Of a DNA stretch of 64,000 bases, positions 36,001 through 46,642 are shown piece after piece. Positions within the stretch are counted from its first letter, which is position 1, and each line of letters starts with the position of its first letter. Origin of the DNA: Dudresnaya verticillata (Eukaryota). Under the pieces are notes generated by a model. The model had not been told where the DNA came from. It was given only the letters and a program-made list of their open reading frames with translations, and made no database searches. The position numbers were made by a program, and so were the translations under genes. The stretch spans positions 992,001-1,056,000 of the forward strand of contig OZ374561.1 in assembly GCA_977862235.1 (NCBI GenBank). The letters run 5' to 3'.

Positions 36001-38188
36001 GCGTTTGGAATACGGCGCAACCGACCTGGTAGTTTGACGCGTCGGTATCGACAGAATAGGGCAAGCCAGGTTTTGGCAGAGATAGTACGGGTGGTTCCGT
36101 GACAGCTTTGATCAGCGTCTGGAACGCGGCCTCTTGTTTGTCGTCGAGCGGCTCAATATTGTCCGGGTGATCCTTTTTGAGGAGCCGGTTCAGTGGTCCT
36201 GCCACGTGAGAGTAATTGGGGAGAAACCTCCTATATACGTTACACAATCCGAGGAAAGACCTCAATTCCGTTTGCGTGCGTGGGTGTTTTGCTTTGCGGA
36301 GTGCCGCCGTGACCGTTGGGTCGACCCGCAGTTCGCCGGGGCGGATGATATGGCCCAGGTAGTTGACGGTGTTTGTGAATAAGTCACATTTCTTCAGTTT
36401 GAGGGTAACCCCGGCTTGGTCCAATGCAGTCAGGATCTGTTCGACGTGTTTAAAGTGGGATTCCACGTCCTTGGAGTAGATGATTACATCGTCCAAATAA
36501 ACGAGGCATGTCTGCCACTTGAAACCTGAGAGCAGGATATCCAGGGTCCGCTGGAAGGTAGCGGGTGCATTGGTAAGGCCAAATGGCATTCTTTTGTAGC
36601 GGAAGGTTCCCGCATGGCATGTAAACGTGGTTTTGTCACGATCGCGACCGTTGATGGGGATTTGCCAATACCCCGAGTTGCAATCGAGCGTAGTGAAGAC
36701 GTTTGCTTCGCCGAGTGAATCGATGCATTCATCGATGCGAGGTAACGGGTATGTATCCCGAACGGTTGCGGCATTTAAACGTCGGTAGTCGACACAGAAT
36801 CGTAAGGTACCGTCCTTTTTAGGCACCAAAACAACTGGAGACGCCCAGGGAGATTGTGCCGGTTCTATAACGCCAGCTCGTAGCATGCGGTCAACTTCCG
36901 CTTGTTCCACTTGGCGTTGCTTCGGACCCGCCCGATAGGGTGGGCACGAGAACGGCCTCGTACCCGGAATCATATCGATGTAATGTTCCGTAGTGGTGAT
37001 TTCACCTAGTGAACCATCCCACATTGTAGAAAACCTACCAAGTAAATCCTGCACGCGCTCGGCGTGATTCTCCGTCAAGTGGGATAAATCCACGTCGTCC
37101 ACCGAAGGTGGAGGTTCGTTTTCAACTTCAAGGGTCTTCGCGTGAGCGTCACCTTTGTTTGTCGTATTCGACAGTCTTCCCAGTCGTTGGGTTTTTGTTG
37201 CGGTATCGTCCGCTAAGTCAGCCAACCCAAGCACGTCCGCCAGCCGGATGGGACTGGGCACCACGGCGGTGGGGTGCGGGAGGGCGGTAGCGACGACCTG
37301 GTTCTTAGGAAGAACTTGGTCGTGCGAAGTGAAGTTCGCGACTAGAATGAGGAACGGCCGCTTTGGTTCAACATGGGCTATCCCATTCGTTGCGATAATT
37401 CCCTGCCGATGATACGGCTTGTCGTAGGGTTGAAGGCAAATCAGCCCCGCGCGTTCTGTGGTTACTGCAACCCACTTTTGCGCTTGGGCTGGGATTACGG
37501 TTCGTCCCGCTACGCGTATTTCCGTTGAGGTATGGCCTCGTAGTGGCTCATACTCCTGATCGTCAGGTAGTGGTGGAGCCGTGGGCGGTCGCTTCAATGG
37601 TCGCCGCGTAATCGGCACGCGAGTCCCATTGTCGAGTTCGACTTCACGGGTCCTCGGATAGATGGCTTCTACGAACCGGTCGCAGAAGTCACATCCGAGG
37701 ATGACCGGGGTGGCGAGTCTCTCGCAGACAATAAAGTCAAGCTTGACAATACGGTCGCCCAGCCGAACGACCAAGGCGATGACGCCGGATGTTTGCAACG
37801 GCCGATTGTTGGCGTCGCTGATGGTGGGGATGTCCCCTTCTCGAATGCGGGACTCCGCTTGAGGTGGTAGTTCAGATTTTCTGATAACGTTAGGGCCGGC
37901 ACCGGTATCTAGCACAGTAAGTTTACGCGATAGGTAGCTTGGGTGTAAACCCGTATCTGCGTATACTTTAAAGTTGCGCTTTGCCGCTATCAGCAATTCG
38001 CCTTGTGCATGCGGTGGACGGTACCGGTGCCAGGTCCTGCTTAATCCTGGCATTGGTGGCGAGGGCGAGGTCCGTCTAGTCCTTGCAGGGTTCTGCAGTA
38101 TAGTGTTTGGAGTTATATCCTCCTGCTTGTCGGGTCGTGACCCTTGAGCTTCGATCGGAAAGGGTTCCGATTGAAGTTCCCCAGTCAA
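33056..38188 (-). CDS. pol: Element F Pol polyprotein (PR-RT-RH-IN-chromodomain)
   Basis: 1710 aa. LDTGAGPN, YLDD, TDASNYQVG, HHCC, DDE integrase, GPY, chromodomain FEVKWYGYPSSQNTWEP. Confidence 0.97.
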   Translation of the reverse strand: MTGELQSEPFPIEAQGSRPDKQEDITPNTILQNPARTRRTSPSPPMPGLSRTWHRYRPPHAQGELLIAAKRNFKVYADTGLHPSYLSRKLTVLDTGAGPNVIRKSELPPQAESRIREGDIPTISDANNRPLQTSGVIALVVRLGDRIVKLDFIVCERLATPVILGCDFCDRFVEAIYPRTREVELDNGTRVPITRRPLKRPPTAPPLPDDQEYEPLRGHTSTEIRVAGRTVIPAQAQKWVAVTTERAGLICLQPYDKPYHRQGIIATNGIAHVEPKRPFLILVANFTSHDQVLPKNQVVATALPHPTAVVPSPIRLADVLGLADLADDTATKTQRLGRLSNTTNKGDAHAKTLEVENEPPPSVDDVDLSHLTENHAERVQDLLGRFSTMWDGSLGEITTTEHYIDMIPGTRPFSCPPYRAGPKQRQVEQAEVDRMLRAGVIEPAQSPWASPVVLVPKKDGTLRFCVDYRRLNAATVRDTYPLPRIDECIDSLGEANVFTTLDCNSGYWQIPINGRDRDKTTFTCHAGTFRYKRMPFGLTNAPATFQRTLDILLSGFKWQTCLVYLDDVIIYSKDVESHFKHVEQILTALDQAGVTLKLKKCDLFTNTVNYLGHIIRPGELRVDPTVTAALRKAKHPRTQTELRSFLGLCNVYRRFLPNYSHVAGPLNRLLKKDHPDNIEPLDDKQEAAFQTLIKAVTEPPVLSLPKPGLPYSVDTDASNYQVGCAVFQTHADGTHEPLGYWSRSLQAAEKNYSVSEKECLALVWAVTTLRPYLQMEKFTIHTDHSSLRWLMEINDPSARLMRWRLRMSEFDFDVRYKKGRINTQADALSRLQTLGETQVDIDDEILCFHVEADAPSTCAVCDKEEFLELDDEVSDQLLLANPPSDQPELLRPITTEELLQTQLEDAFCTSLRSRLNGGEGLPFALDETGVLIRTREALPQIVIPFTLHARVLHLAHFPKLSGHPGGRKVYYSLRRSFYWPSMAVDCYATVRNCTTCARNRVMLRRNTKHMKLFPAKTPLEFVSIDIYGELIRTKRGNRFLLVITDRFSKLVRTVPMKKITAAKVAEAFITHWVYVYGPPLYLLSDNGGQFAAKLFQSLCGTLGIKNLFTTTYHPQCNGQVERFNRTMRAALLHYVADHPHEWDLFSDAITYAYNTQVHSTTNLAPFQLVLSRPPHALSIEAHPSLEPVPSSATFHAKWQSWLTGLLSTATKSVDQTQARYKRNFDNRVRPSREVIGVDSYVYVRKEYYGKDTPKHKLAPMADGPYRVSDANDKTVTVEKDGPEYERISRDRVVLAPAPPRDAANQANAEGTADPIDAELPPTNDPNNDHTRMQCADGATVSRGENAPITFHAVEPAIQPRNDRGLADLPPLTVPGRTAGVRARTTAMHSLPTTRAEAAVPTPTPASASLEPESVPANDAHANEHPTADQPHAATKSTKAVDGTVGEEMPRQQQPAHDTGTTAALGHTPQGKPLSQPTRTTLDNVDIPQESTKPDILRKGSSTRRITASPEPGSPRRAETRPVDGKDHALDSATRDVSPGASRTQDHPKENSPRPSRKSVTFDDRIREIPTRPLASRSLGSEVAGRNRAATVTLGTPSPRRSRRIAAVAPRASQPGPQQEDPPQAPAPDDTLSSGRRHNGDTPPRDEYVIEKVANHSYDNTELLFEVKWYGYPSSQNTWEPIQHLPRSQVISYCKGRCLGVPATITKAMVG

Positions 38189-38205
38189 AGGGGGTATGAC
38201 CCCGA

Positions 38206-40621
38206 TTAGTTTTCCGAATTGCGGATGTCCGCTCGTCCGTCGCGCCCATTCGTAGGGGACTTTCCAACGGTCGCGAACGCCTGAGGGTGACGTTCGCTAG
38301 TGTGGGGTACCACATTGGGCGGTCCCTGGGGTCGACCTTGAGGACTTGCCTCATCGTATTGTGCCTGTGCTTTCGCCTTCATGTAGGACGTAGCCGGCAC
38401 ACGCTCGCGGTCGACCGCACTTAGCGACTCATAATTGAGGATAATCCCCAGGTAGTCCTTCCATGCTAAGAAGCATTCCGGCGAAACATGCCCAGGCTTG
38501 TAGCAAATGTGACAGATGATTGTCTGCTTGGGACCGAAGTTCCTTTGGGGATTTCCCCTATCTTGCCAGCCCGGTCGTGCGCGTGTCATGCCAGGTGAAT
38601 GCTCCTGGTATGGTATGCGCGGGGCCGGGACTTGACGAGAGCGCATGAGAAGCGCATTATCTTCGCTTCCGTAGGATTCTACTTGTGAGTCGGTAGGTGG
38701 GTCGGACGACAGCAGTGCCGCGTCCGGGTACAAAAGGTGCACCTCGGCATCCTGCTCGCCCACCTGCCTACGTGGAACTCCACTTCCGTCTCGGAACTCA
38801 ATTGATGACTCGGCCATCATAGCGGAATTTCCGCGTCCTGGACGACGTCCTCCTGAAGTTGCGGTGCGGCCAGCGAGTTGGTCTTGTCCAGCGCGTGGTG
38901 CGCGACTTCTTCCACGGTGAGCTTCACCTTCATCTTGTGCATAATGCACTAGTCGTTCAAACGACAATTCATGGCGAGGAGTTTCCTCTCGATACCGGGC
39001 GACCAGCGAACGGATGCTCGGGTCGAGGCCGTCGATGAAGTACGTCATCTTCTCCCATGCTTTGTGGACATTGCCACATCGGTTACACGCTTTCGAGACT
39101 CGCATCCCGAAGCGTGTTTCCGATTCGCCCGCGTTCTGCCGGAGAGCGCGGAGCTTGAGGATTGCCTCACGGAGCGCGCTCGGTGTCGCGTAGGTCCGCA
39201 GAAGATACTGCACAGCTTCGGGCCATGAGGATACTCCTCCATTAGAACGGGACGGAGCGGCCTTGACGGAGCGGAATTGAGTAGCGGAATTTCCGTGTAA
39301 GAAGTAGGGCAAGGCGATGAACGCCTGTGCTTCCGACATGTCGAGAGTGTCGGCTTCGTCGACTAACCGGGAGAGAAACTCCAAAATCAACACGGGGTCT
39401 TCCCCATTAAAGGAACAATCCTTCATGGTTAACTCCAGTCTTTTGATCTGGTCTTTGATCTTGCCGGTCTGTCGGCTCGTACGGGATTGTTCCGTATTCT
39501 GTAGGCGGTAGTGCCTGTAGGACAGCTATTGGTCGTACAAGGGGTTCGTGGGTTTCAGCTCCTTGAGGTGCTTATACCGCGGCCCCTTGCGTTCATGTAC
39601 CATCATCGTGACAGGGATTTCCCCAAACTTCTCCATCGGAGCGGTCTGAGTCCGAATTGTCGGAAGCTGACCTGGAGGAACTTCCGTAGCCGTGACGATG
39701 GTGACGGCGACTGCGGGTATTCCGCGTTGAGGTACGATGACGGTTTTGGCGTCGTGATTCACGGTGGTCTTGACGGTAGTCGTCATCATGAGGGTGGTCC
39801 GTACACCCGTAAGGGCAACTGTCCTTGGGGTAAGTGTCCCCATGTCGAGCGTGACTGTCCAATTCGACTTGTCTTCTGTTCGCGCCTCGGCCATCGTGAG
39901 GCAGGGGCGGTTCGCGCTCGTTGAGGCATATGCCCTCTAGAAGCTCCAAGCGGTCGGCAACCCGCGTAATGCGGTCATCGAGCGGAAGTTCCGCGGGTAG
40001 GCTTGGGGGATTCGGACGGGGCCCCCTTGCGGGAGTAGCCCCGTAGGTTTCGAGGAGGCGGTTAACGTCTTCTCGAAGCGTGCGGACCTCGGCGGCGAGG
40101 TCCGGGTTGTTCTGTGGAGGATTCTCCAGGACGAGGTCAATTCGAGCACCAACCTCGTCGATACGTTGGTTGACCAGAGCCAGGCTGTCCGTTATTTGGC
40201 GAGACAGCCGGGCGGCAAAAGCCTGGTCTTCCATGAGGCAAACCTCTTGAATTGCACTTCGCGGAATAGTTGTCCCGTGTATGAAGGCAACACGAGGTGC
40301 TTCCTCTTGGATTGTGGGTGGCTCCACCTGCGGCGGAACTGATGCCGAAATCGGCGGCGGAGGATTGGGCAGCGGCGGCGGAGTAGCCGGCTGCCCGCCT
40401 TGGTCTTGCCCAGTCGGGAGAGTCCCGGCTGGGGCAGGAGGTACGATCTCCACCGAGGGGGGAATACGAGGAACCCCCTCATTGGGTATTGCCGAAAAAG
40501 CGGCTTGGACCGCAGGACTTGCCTGCGCACGTGCACGCGTCACCATATTGGCAGCAGTCTGCGTTGGTACAGACCTTGCCGATGACGGCTGTCGACGGGT
40601 GGGCATGGCAGATAACTGCAA
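38206..40621 (-). CDS. gag: Element F Gag (one frameshift at ~39.9 kb)
   Basis: FNGEDPVLILEFL and zinc knuckle CHICYKPGHVSPEC; N-terminal part is in other frames. Confidence 0.85.
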
Positions 40622-40711
40622 CTTAAAGGTTTGAACTAGAAGAACGGGAGTTCCGTAACGTAGGTAACGTAGCCAATCGGAATTTCCGAACTTCTAGGTC
40701 GGGAGACCAAA

Positions 40712-41486
40712 TGTGGTGCAATCCACTCGGTAGAATTGAGGGTGCACCTCAGGCGGTTCGGGGGCCTGGCGGTAGCAGGTGAGGTAATAGCGGTAGAGCA
40801 GGGGAGTAGCCCCGTAGTGCGACTGTAAAACACTACAAGGCCGAGAAAGGGGGTTACCCTAGAAAGGAAGAGAAAACAAGGGAAAAACAGGAGAAAAACA
40901 GGATTCTGTACGATGAAGAAGGGTAGCGGATGTACTGGAGTCCAGCCTAGAGAGGGAGTCGATAGGGTAGGAGGGTACGTCTCGCTGGGCCCAAACTTAG
41001 CCGTTTATTGTATGGGGGCGCACCTCAGGGCCCTAATATACTATGTAGGAGGCGGGTGCGCCTTGGTGGCGGATTAAGATAGGGGAAGGGGGCGCGCCAC
41101 TTGGCATTACATGGCGCGCGCAATTCTATAATTATCTAAAAATATCAACTGTCAGCCTAGCGGTATTGCGGCTGAAAGGTGTGCGCCAAGGGGGCGCACG
41201 TGTGCACGTGTACGCGTTGTCGCGTTGCGGGGCCATCCTTGCTGGCAGAGGGCGCCGCGTACTGTCAGGCCGGGTGCCTTACAGAGGCATTTCCCCATTA
41301 GCATTGCTGGTGCGTGCGCGTGGTGCCAGAGCTCATTATAGAAATTGGCTCTGAGCTCAATCACCCGCACAGCGGTTGATCCGCAGGAACCGGCCGTTGG
41401 GCGTCCGTCGTCCGCAGTCGCGTGAGCCGCGGGTGGCGGCATTATGAAGAATTCTTCAGTAGGGCGCCAAGGCGATTTGCGCCACA
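40712..41486 (-). repeat. Element F 5' LTR
   Basis: Adjacent to the PBS; followed by TSD CTGGG. Confidence 0.97.
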
Positions 41487-41782
41487 CTGGGATGACAGGG
41501 GAGGTCTACTGGCAACGCGCCGAATAGCGCTTGAAATACCCAGCTGAGCGAGAGGCTTTCGCGCGGAAGCGATAATGGATACCCGTCGAGACGGGACACC
41601 CGACGCCGGAGGGGCGTACGATGATTTGTTGCCACGCGGCCGTCACGAGACGGGCGTTTTGGTGGCGGTTACACCTGCCCTCAACGGGCCGTTTGGGACG
41701 TCCAACGCACGTCCGCCCCAACCGGGCCAATGGAAACAGCGTTGCTGGCTTCGCGGGTCTCTCAGCTTTAGAGAGGGGGCCG

Positions 41783-42508
41783 TGTGGTACAATGAGCCGC
41801 CAGCGGCTGTAAGCACGTACACGTGTTTTGCGCCTGTAATGCGCGGGTAATATTTCGCGTGGCATGCGCCTGTAAGGCGCCGCCCATACTGCCGCCCTGT
41901 AAGGCCCGGTGCATTGTTGGCCACTCCATATGGCATTGCTGGGAACAGCACGGCGCCAATGAGATGGCTAGCCGTGATTGCCCTATTTACCATGGCCTTA
42001 CGCGCAGGAGCACGCCCGAGTCATAAGCACCTTACGTGCGCCGGGCGGAGTACGACCGCTCACCACCTTATTGTAATTATTAACGCTATAGCGTATTCCT
42101 ATTCTAAGCTATTGAAGTTATAACTTCAATAGCTTAGAATAGGAATAGCGGCGAAGGCGCTTTCGACCTTCGCCATATTTATTGCGCCCCTGACTAGCAG
42201 GGGTCTGCTGAATAGAACCCTACGGTGGGTTTCGGGTCTGTACCCTTTCTTTGGTCTACATGGGCTCACCGTACTCCCCCTTCCAGGTGCTTTACAAGCT
42301 TTAGCCTCGTACGGCTTTGTACTCTACGAGTGTTAGGGTGGCGCCGCCCCTTTTCCCTTTCTTTCAGGCACGCTAGCCTTTTTCCCCTTTTCCCTCAAAG
42401 TCTCTACCAACTCCCCATTGAGCTACCCTCGTTAGGGTGCGTGCGCGCACGGGACAGCTGTCCTTGCCGTTTTAGCGGGCTACTGGCTCGTCGCGCCATA
42501 CTACTACA
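41783..42508 (+). repeat. Element A 3' LTR
   Basis: Preceded by PPT TAGAGAGGGGG; carries a 34-bp segment absent from the 5' LTR. Confidence 0.95.
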
Positions 42509-42549
42509 CACTGGCGACCGTTAGTCATTATCGGAGAAGGGCGTCCACT

Positions 42550-44502
42550 TTGGCGTGGTCACAGCGGACCACACATCCGCAGACCAAAGTCATTTCATGG
42601 CGCCAGCTGGGTTGTTCAGAGTTCCTCTGTCGAGCCATGCAATTCGGAATCTTCGAGAAGCCAACGAGCCCCTTCATCCAAGGGGAGGGCGAACAGCTTC
42701 CCGAGGTTCCGCAGTCTCCAGAGGACAAATCTTTCGCGGCAGAAGACCTGAAGGAGGGATGTCGATCTGGAATCTATCAGGAAACAAGTCCAGACCACGC
42801 CAAGAAAGCGTTGGCAAAGGGTGCTATGATATCGTCAGCCTTTGTCGTTTGGCAGGAGGGAGAAGAGGGACTGAAGGGACGGTTTGTCGTCAACCTGTCC
42901 AAGCAGTCCAAGCATTGGCCCAAAGGGTCGGTGCGGATGGAGTCAATTTCCGAATTCTCCCTCGAGCTTCAGAAAGGAGACCATTTCCTTTCCATGGATT
43001 TGTACAAGGGATACCGTCACTTCAGGCTGGCTCCAGCGATGAGAGACTGGTTCATATTCAGATATCAGGGACGCTATTACCAGTTTGTCGCCTTGTCATT
43101 TGGCTGGGGACGTTCTCCTCTTTGGTTTACACAGTTGATGGTCGTCTTCGTGAGAGAGCTGCGTCGAATCGGCTATCGCGTTCTCTCATATCTCGACGAC
43201 TTTCTGATCGCCCCTTCCAGGTTGGGCATTAAATCGTCACCTATTCATTGTCAGGAAGCTTCGCAGTTCATAGACAGGCTGTTAAAGAAGCTTGGTTTGC
43301 GAAGATATCCGGAGAAAGGCAGCTGGGTTGGGACTACCGACATAGAACATCTCGGTGTCCGCATCGACAGTGTGACAATGCGATTATTTTTCGCGCCCCG
43401 CAAGGTGCGAAAAGTGCAGAGTCTGTCAATAAAGCTCCTGCAGCAGGTTCGTCACGGAAGACGTTGGGTGAACCGAGACAATGTTGCTCACTTCTGCGGG
43501 GTATGCGTGTCACTCTCCCTGTCAATGCCCTGGGTACGTTTCTATACGCGATCGCTATACTGGGACATGGGCTCCAGACAGCCATGAGACACCCGTGGGC
43601 GTATCCGCTTGAGTCATCAAAGCATCAAGGATCTTCGGAAGTGGAAGCAATTGAGTGCGACGGAGCTAGCCGGCCGTCCTGTGACCCCTCCCAACGCTAC
43701 AGCAGCTCTGCATACCGATGCGGCGGATGTAGGTTAGGGTGGAACATTGAACGAAGCCGACCTTCGTCCAGGATTACGCGGTCAGTGGAACGCTCAGGGT
43801 ATCTGGAGCTGGAGAGACCGGGCCGAGTCTATCAGCTACCGCGAGCTCAAGGCCATCCGGCTGCTTCTCACCGGCTCGCTGGGCTCTCAGCTCCTTCGTC
43901 GAGGGCATCGAGACTTGCTCTTGCACGTCGACAACCAGGCCGTGGTGCAAATTACGAATGCTCTCGTCTCAGCAAGTCTTCCGATGATGCGGGAGTTGAG
44001 ACGGCTGAAATCTGTCCTCGATCTGCACGGGTTTCATATTCGGTCCGAATGGATCCCCTCCGTGGCCAACCGGTTCGCAGATGGCCTCTCGCGACGCTTC
44101 TCCCGCGGCGACTTACAGATCAAGAGTCAACTTCGGCGTTCCTTCGTGGCTGGGATGAAGGCCCCGACCGACGCATTTCCCTACTGACCAGTGGGCGAGC
44201 ATCCGACATTCGCTCGACGGAGGGCTTACGCCGAGTTAGCGTCCCCTTGGGACATGCGAGAAGTTCGCCTCCTTTGCCCACCCGTGGATCTTATCCCAGC
44301 CACCTTGCACAAGCAGCGGCAGACGCGGGCTCCAGCGCTCCTCTTGATTACTGCTTGGAAGCGTCACGGTTCGTATCACACAGCGCTGCAGATGGCATCG
44401 CTGGTGGAGTCAATCCCCCTCCGACCCGAAGAGGTGTGGGCCAGCCACCGTCGCTTGAACCCCGATTGGCAAGCGCAGTTGATGGAGATCAACCTCGCAT
44501 AG
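42550..44502 (+). pseudogene. YR element RT-RNase H-methyltransferase-like ORF with two in-frame stops
   Basis: DLYKGYRH, LSFGWGRSP, YLDD; TDA, ISYRELKAI, VDNQAV, NRFADGLSR; CPPVDLIPATLHK..ALLLITAW. Stops at 43585 and 44185 are in the same frame. Confidence 0.9.
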
Positions 44503-44522
44503 GCGTTCACTCGACACAGCGC

Positions 44523-45566
44523 ATGGCAATGGCGGATGCCGCGCTAGAGCGTCTCGGAACGTGCCGCCCTTCTCCTGATCTTCTGCGCTCGTCTGCGTTG
44601 CTCTCTGCGTTCGCCTGGAGCGGGCGCACAACTGCAACTCGAAACTCGCAGTGGCGGGCTTGGGTCGAGTTTTGCACTGCCGATGACCTTCCACTCTTGC
44701 CTGCGACGGAAGCACACTTCATTTCCTTCGTAGGCTGGCTTACTTCAGAACGAGAAGCTGGCCACCGCACGGTAAGCACTGCTTGGCTTCCGCAGTACTT
44801 CAGTGCCGTCCGGCAGATGCAGGTAGTGCTTACGGGCATCCCCGTGCCGCAGTTCCCCTTCCTTGCACACGTCGTCCGTGCTTATGCTCGTTGGGAAGAG
44901 GCTCACTTTCCCCGAAGGGCAGTGTGTTGCGGTATTCCCGCTTCCCTCGTTCAAGCAATTTGGGGACTCGGAATGGCCACATCTGACCCTTCTTGTCTCC
45001 GTGATACCGCGATGGTAACCTTTGCATACTGTCTCAATGGCTTGCGCGATAGCTCCGTCATCTCTATCGAGACTAGCAAAGTGGATGTCCAGCCTCATTT
45101 ACTCGTGGGAAGACTGTCGGTGGTGAAAGGACGCCAGGCTAGTACCGTTCCCTTGGTGCGCTATGACCGGCTCACACCCTCCCATCCTTCCCCGGTTGAC
45201 CTCTGGATTCGTTGGCAACAGGCGCGAGGCACCCATCCATCCTTCTTCGCACTTTCCGGGGGGCGCGACAGCCTTCCTGAGCAAACTTTGACGTGGAGTC
45301 TAGAACGTTGCTTGGCGCGGTTGCATGTCGTCGCGCCCGCTGGTTCGAAATACACCTCCCACTCCCTGCGAATTGGCGCACACACAGAACAAGTGTTGTT
45401 AGGCTTCCCGCTCGAAGTACGGTTGACACGGTTTGGATGGGGCCCGCGAAGTTCGGAGATGGCTACCACGTACTTTGACCGCACGATAAGGCTGCCCGCG
45501 GCGTCGTTCTGGGTATTCGGGCTCCCATTCCGTGGTGTGGGGCCCGACTCCCCCGCGACAGTGTGA
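44523..45566 (+). CDS. Tyrosine recombinase of the YR retrotransposon
   Basis: Catalytic motifs GLR, KGR, HSLRIGA, GW and TTYF are all present; open from ATG 44523. Confidence 0.9.
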   Translation: MAMADAALERLGTCRPSPDLLRSSALLSAFAWSGRTTATRNSQWRAWVEFCTADDLPLLPATEAHFISFVGWLTSEREAGHRTVSTAWLPQYFSAVRQMQVVLTGIPVPQFPFLAHVVRAYARWEEAHFPRRAVCCGIPASLVQAIWGLGMATSDPSCLRDTAMVTFAYCLNGLRDSSVISIETSKVDVQPHLLVGRLSVVKGRQASTVPLVRYDRLTPSHPSPVDLWIRWQQARGTHPSFFALSGGRDSLPEQTLTWSLERCLARLHVVAPAGSKYTSHSLRIGAHTEQVLLGFPLEVRLTRFGWGPRSSEMATTYFDRTIRLPAASFWVFGLPFRGVGPDSPATV

Positions 45567-45627
45567 CGCGGCCGTTGCGCTTCGCTCTCCGGTTTGCGCT
45601 CTTGCGTGCGTTCCTTGTGGAGCGTTT

Positions 45628-45849
45628 CGTCAGGTGTAGACCGCAGGTTTATGCAGATGAAACAGCATGCAATATATAGCAAGGCCGGCCACAATGCATC
45701 GTCACTGTCATGTGGCGTGCGCGCCGCGTATGGATCGGCTCCGTGATCCGATTTGATCCGTTCGCATCACCGCCGTCGCTTGCACGGTCAAGTTAAGAGA
45801 TCGGTTCGGGTGGCGACTGAGTGCCCCTCGTGGCATGCCTCTCTCTTTC
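45628..45849 (+). repeat. YR element direct repeat, right copy
   Basis: Matches 10322-10543. Confidence 0.95.
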
Positions 45850-45882
45850 CCCGCCCCCCCGCCGGTTCGAAACTCGAACATG

Positions 45883-45999
45883 CCTTCTCTTGGAGGTAAT
45901 GGGGTTGTTTTATATAAAACAACCCCATTACCTCCAAGAGAAGGGGGTTGGAAGCGTTTCACACTTAAAACCCATATGGGTTTTAAGTGTGAAACGCTT
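45883..45999. repeat. Two adjacent perfect palindromes (62 bp and 48 bp)
   Basis: 45883-45944 and 45952-45999 are each self-reverse-complementary with no spacer. Confidence 0.95.
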
Positions 46000-46429
46000 G
46001 CCGGGCACGCCGCAAGACGAAAAAAGGAATCCATTTAGGGTTACAACTGGGGGAGCTCCCCCAGATACGGTGAAACCCCCCCTCGCTACGTCCATAATGG
46101 GTGCCGCGTGCTCAGGTACCTGACGCCGTCCTCCGTCCCCGCTGCCGCAGTTCCGTCGGGCTCCCCAGCGCAAGGCCGGTTCCCAGGTGGGGAAGATGCA
46201 GAAACTGCGGTATTTATACTAGACGGTTGTGGGCGAGGCGTGAGTTCGATTCCCACGGCGGGTGATCGTAGAAATTGCTTCATTTCTTTTGTTATCCTTT
46301 TGTAGATTTGTCCTGAGACACGCGGGCACTCCAGTAAGGAGGGGGCCCGCAACGGGGCTCTGGCCGCAAATAAAGACAAGCGTTTGTTTCTGGTAGATTA
46401 AGAGAAACTTCTAGAGACATATGGAGTAG

Positions 46430-46600
46430 AGCAGTACATATAGCGTTGGAGTGGCCAAGGCCTGGGCCGCCCCGCCTCCCCTCCCCCTCGCCCCGCGCGC
46501 CCGCCGTCCCGCCCGCACGTCCAGCTCCCCCGCCCCCTCGCCCCGCGCGCCCGCCGCCCCGCTCGCGCGTCCCGCCCCCCGTCTCCGGAGTGTGCGTGTT

Positions 46601-46642
<42 letters not shown>

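Larger units (their letters stand above)
28561..41486 (-). mobile_element. Young full-length Ty3/Gypsy chromodomain element F (12.9 kb)
   Basis: 775-bp LTRs with only 2 differences noticed, TSD CTGGG, PBS 40692-40709, PPT 29336-29351, unbroken pol. Confidence 0.97.
11311..42508 (+). mobile_element. Ty3/Gypsy chromodomain LTR retrotransposon A (degenerate; hosts B-F)
   Basis: TG..CA LTRs, PBS at 12001, polypurine tract (PPT) before 41783, TSD CGCTG/CACTG, gag-PR-RT-RH-IN-chromodomain. Confidence 0.95.
10322..45849 (+). mobile_element. Tyrosine-recombinase retrotransposon (DIRS order, direct-repeat PAT/Ngaro-type ends), interrupted by element A
   Basis: 222-bp direct repeats at both ends. Order is gag-like ORF, RT (YLDD), RNase H, MT-like domain, YR. 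Removing 11311-42508 and one TSD restores the gag end GGAAGDR*. Confidence 0.9.

Noticed and set aside
43248..44522. 772-aa ORF as one long protein
   Set aside because: The first ~425 codons are an alternate frame over RNase H/MT; recognisable YR sequence starts near ATG 44523.
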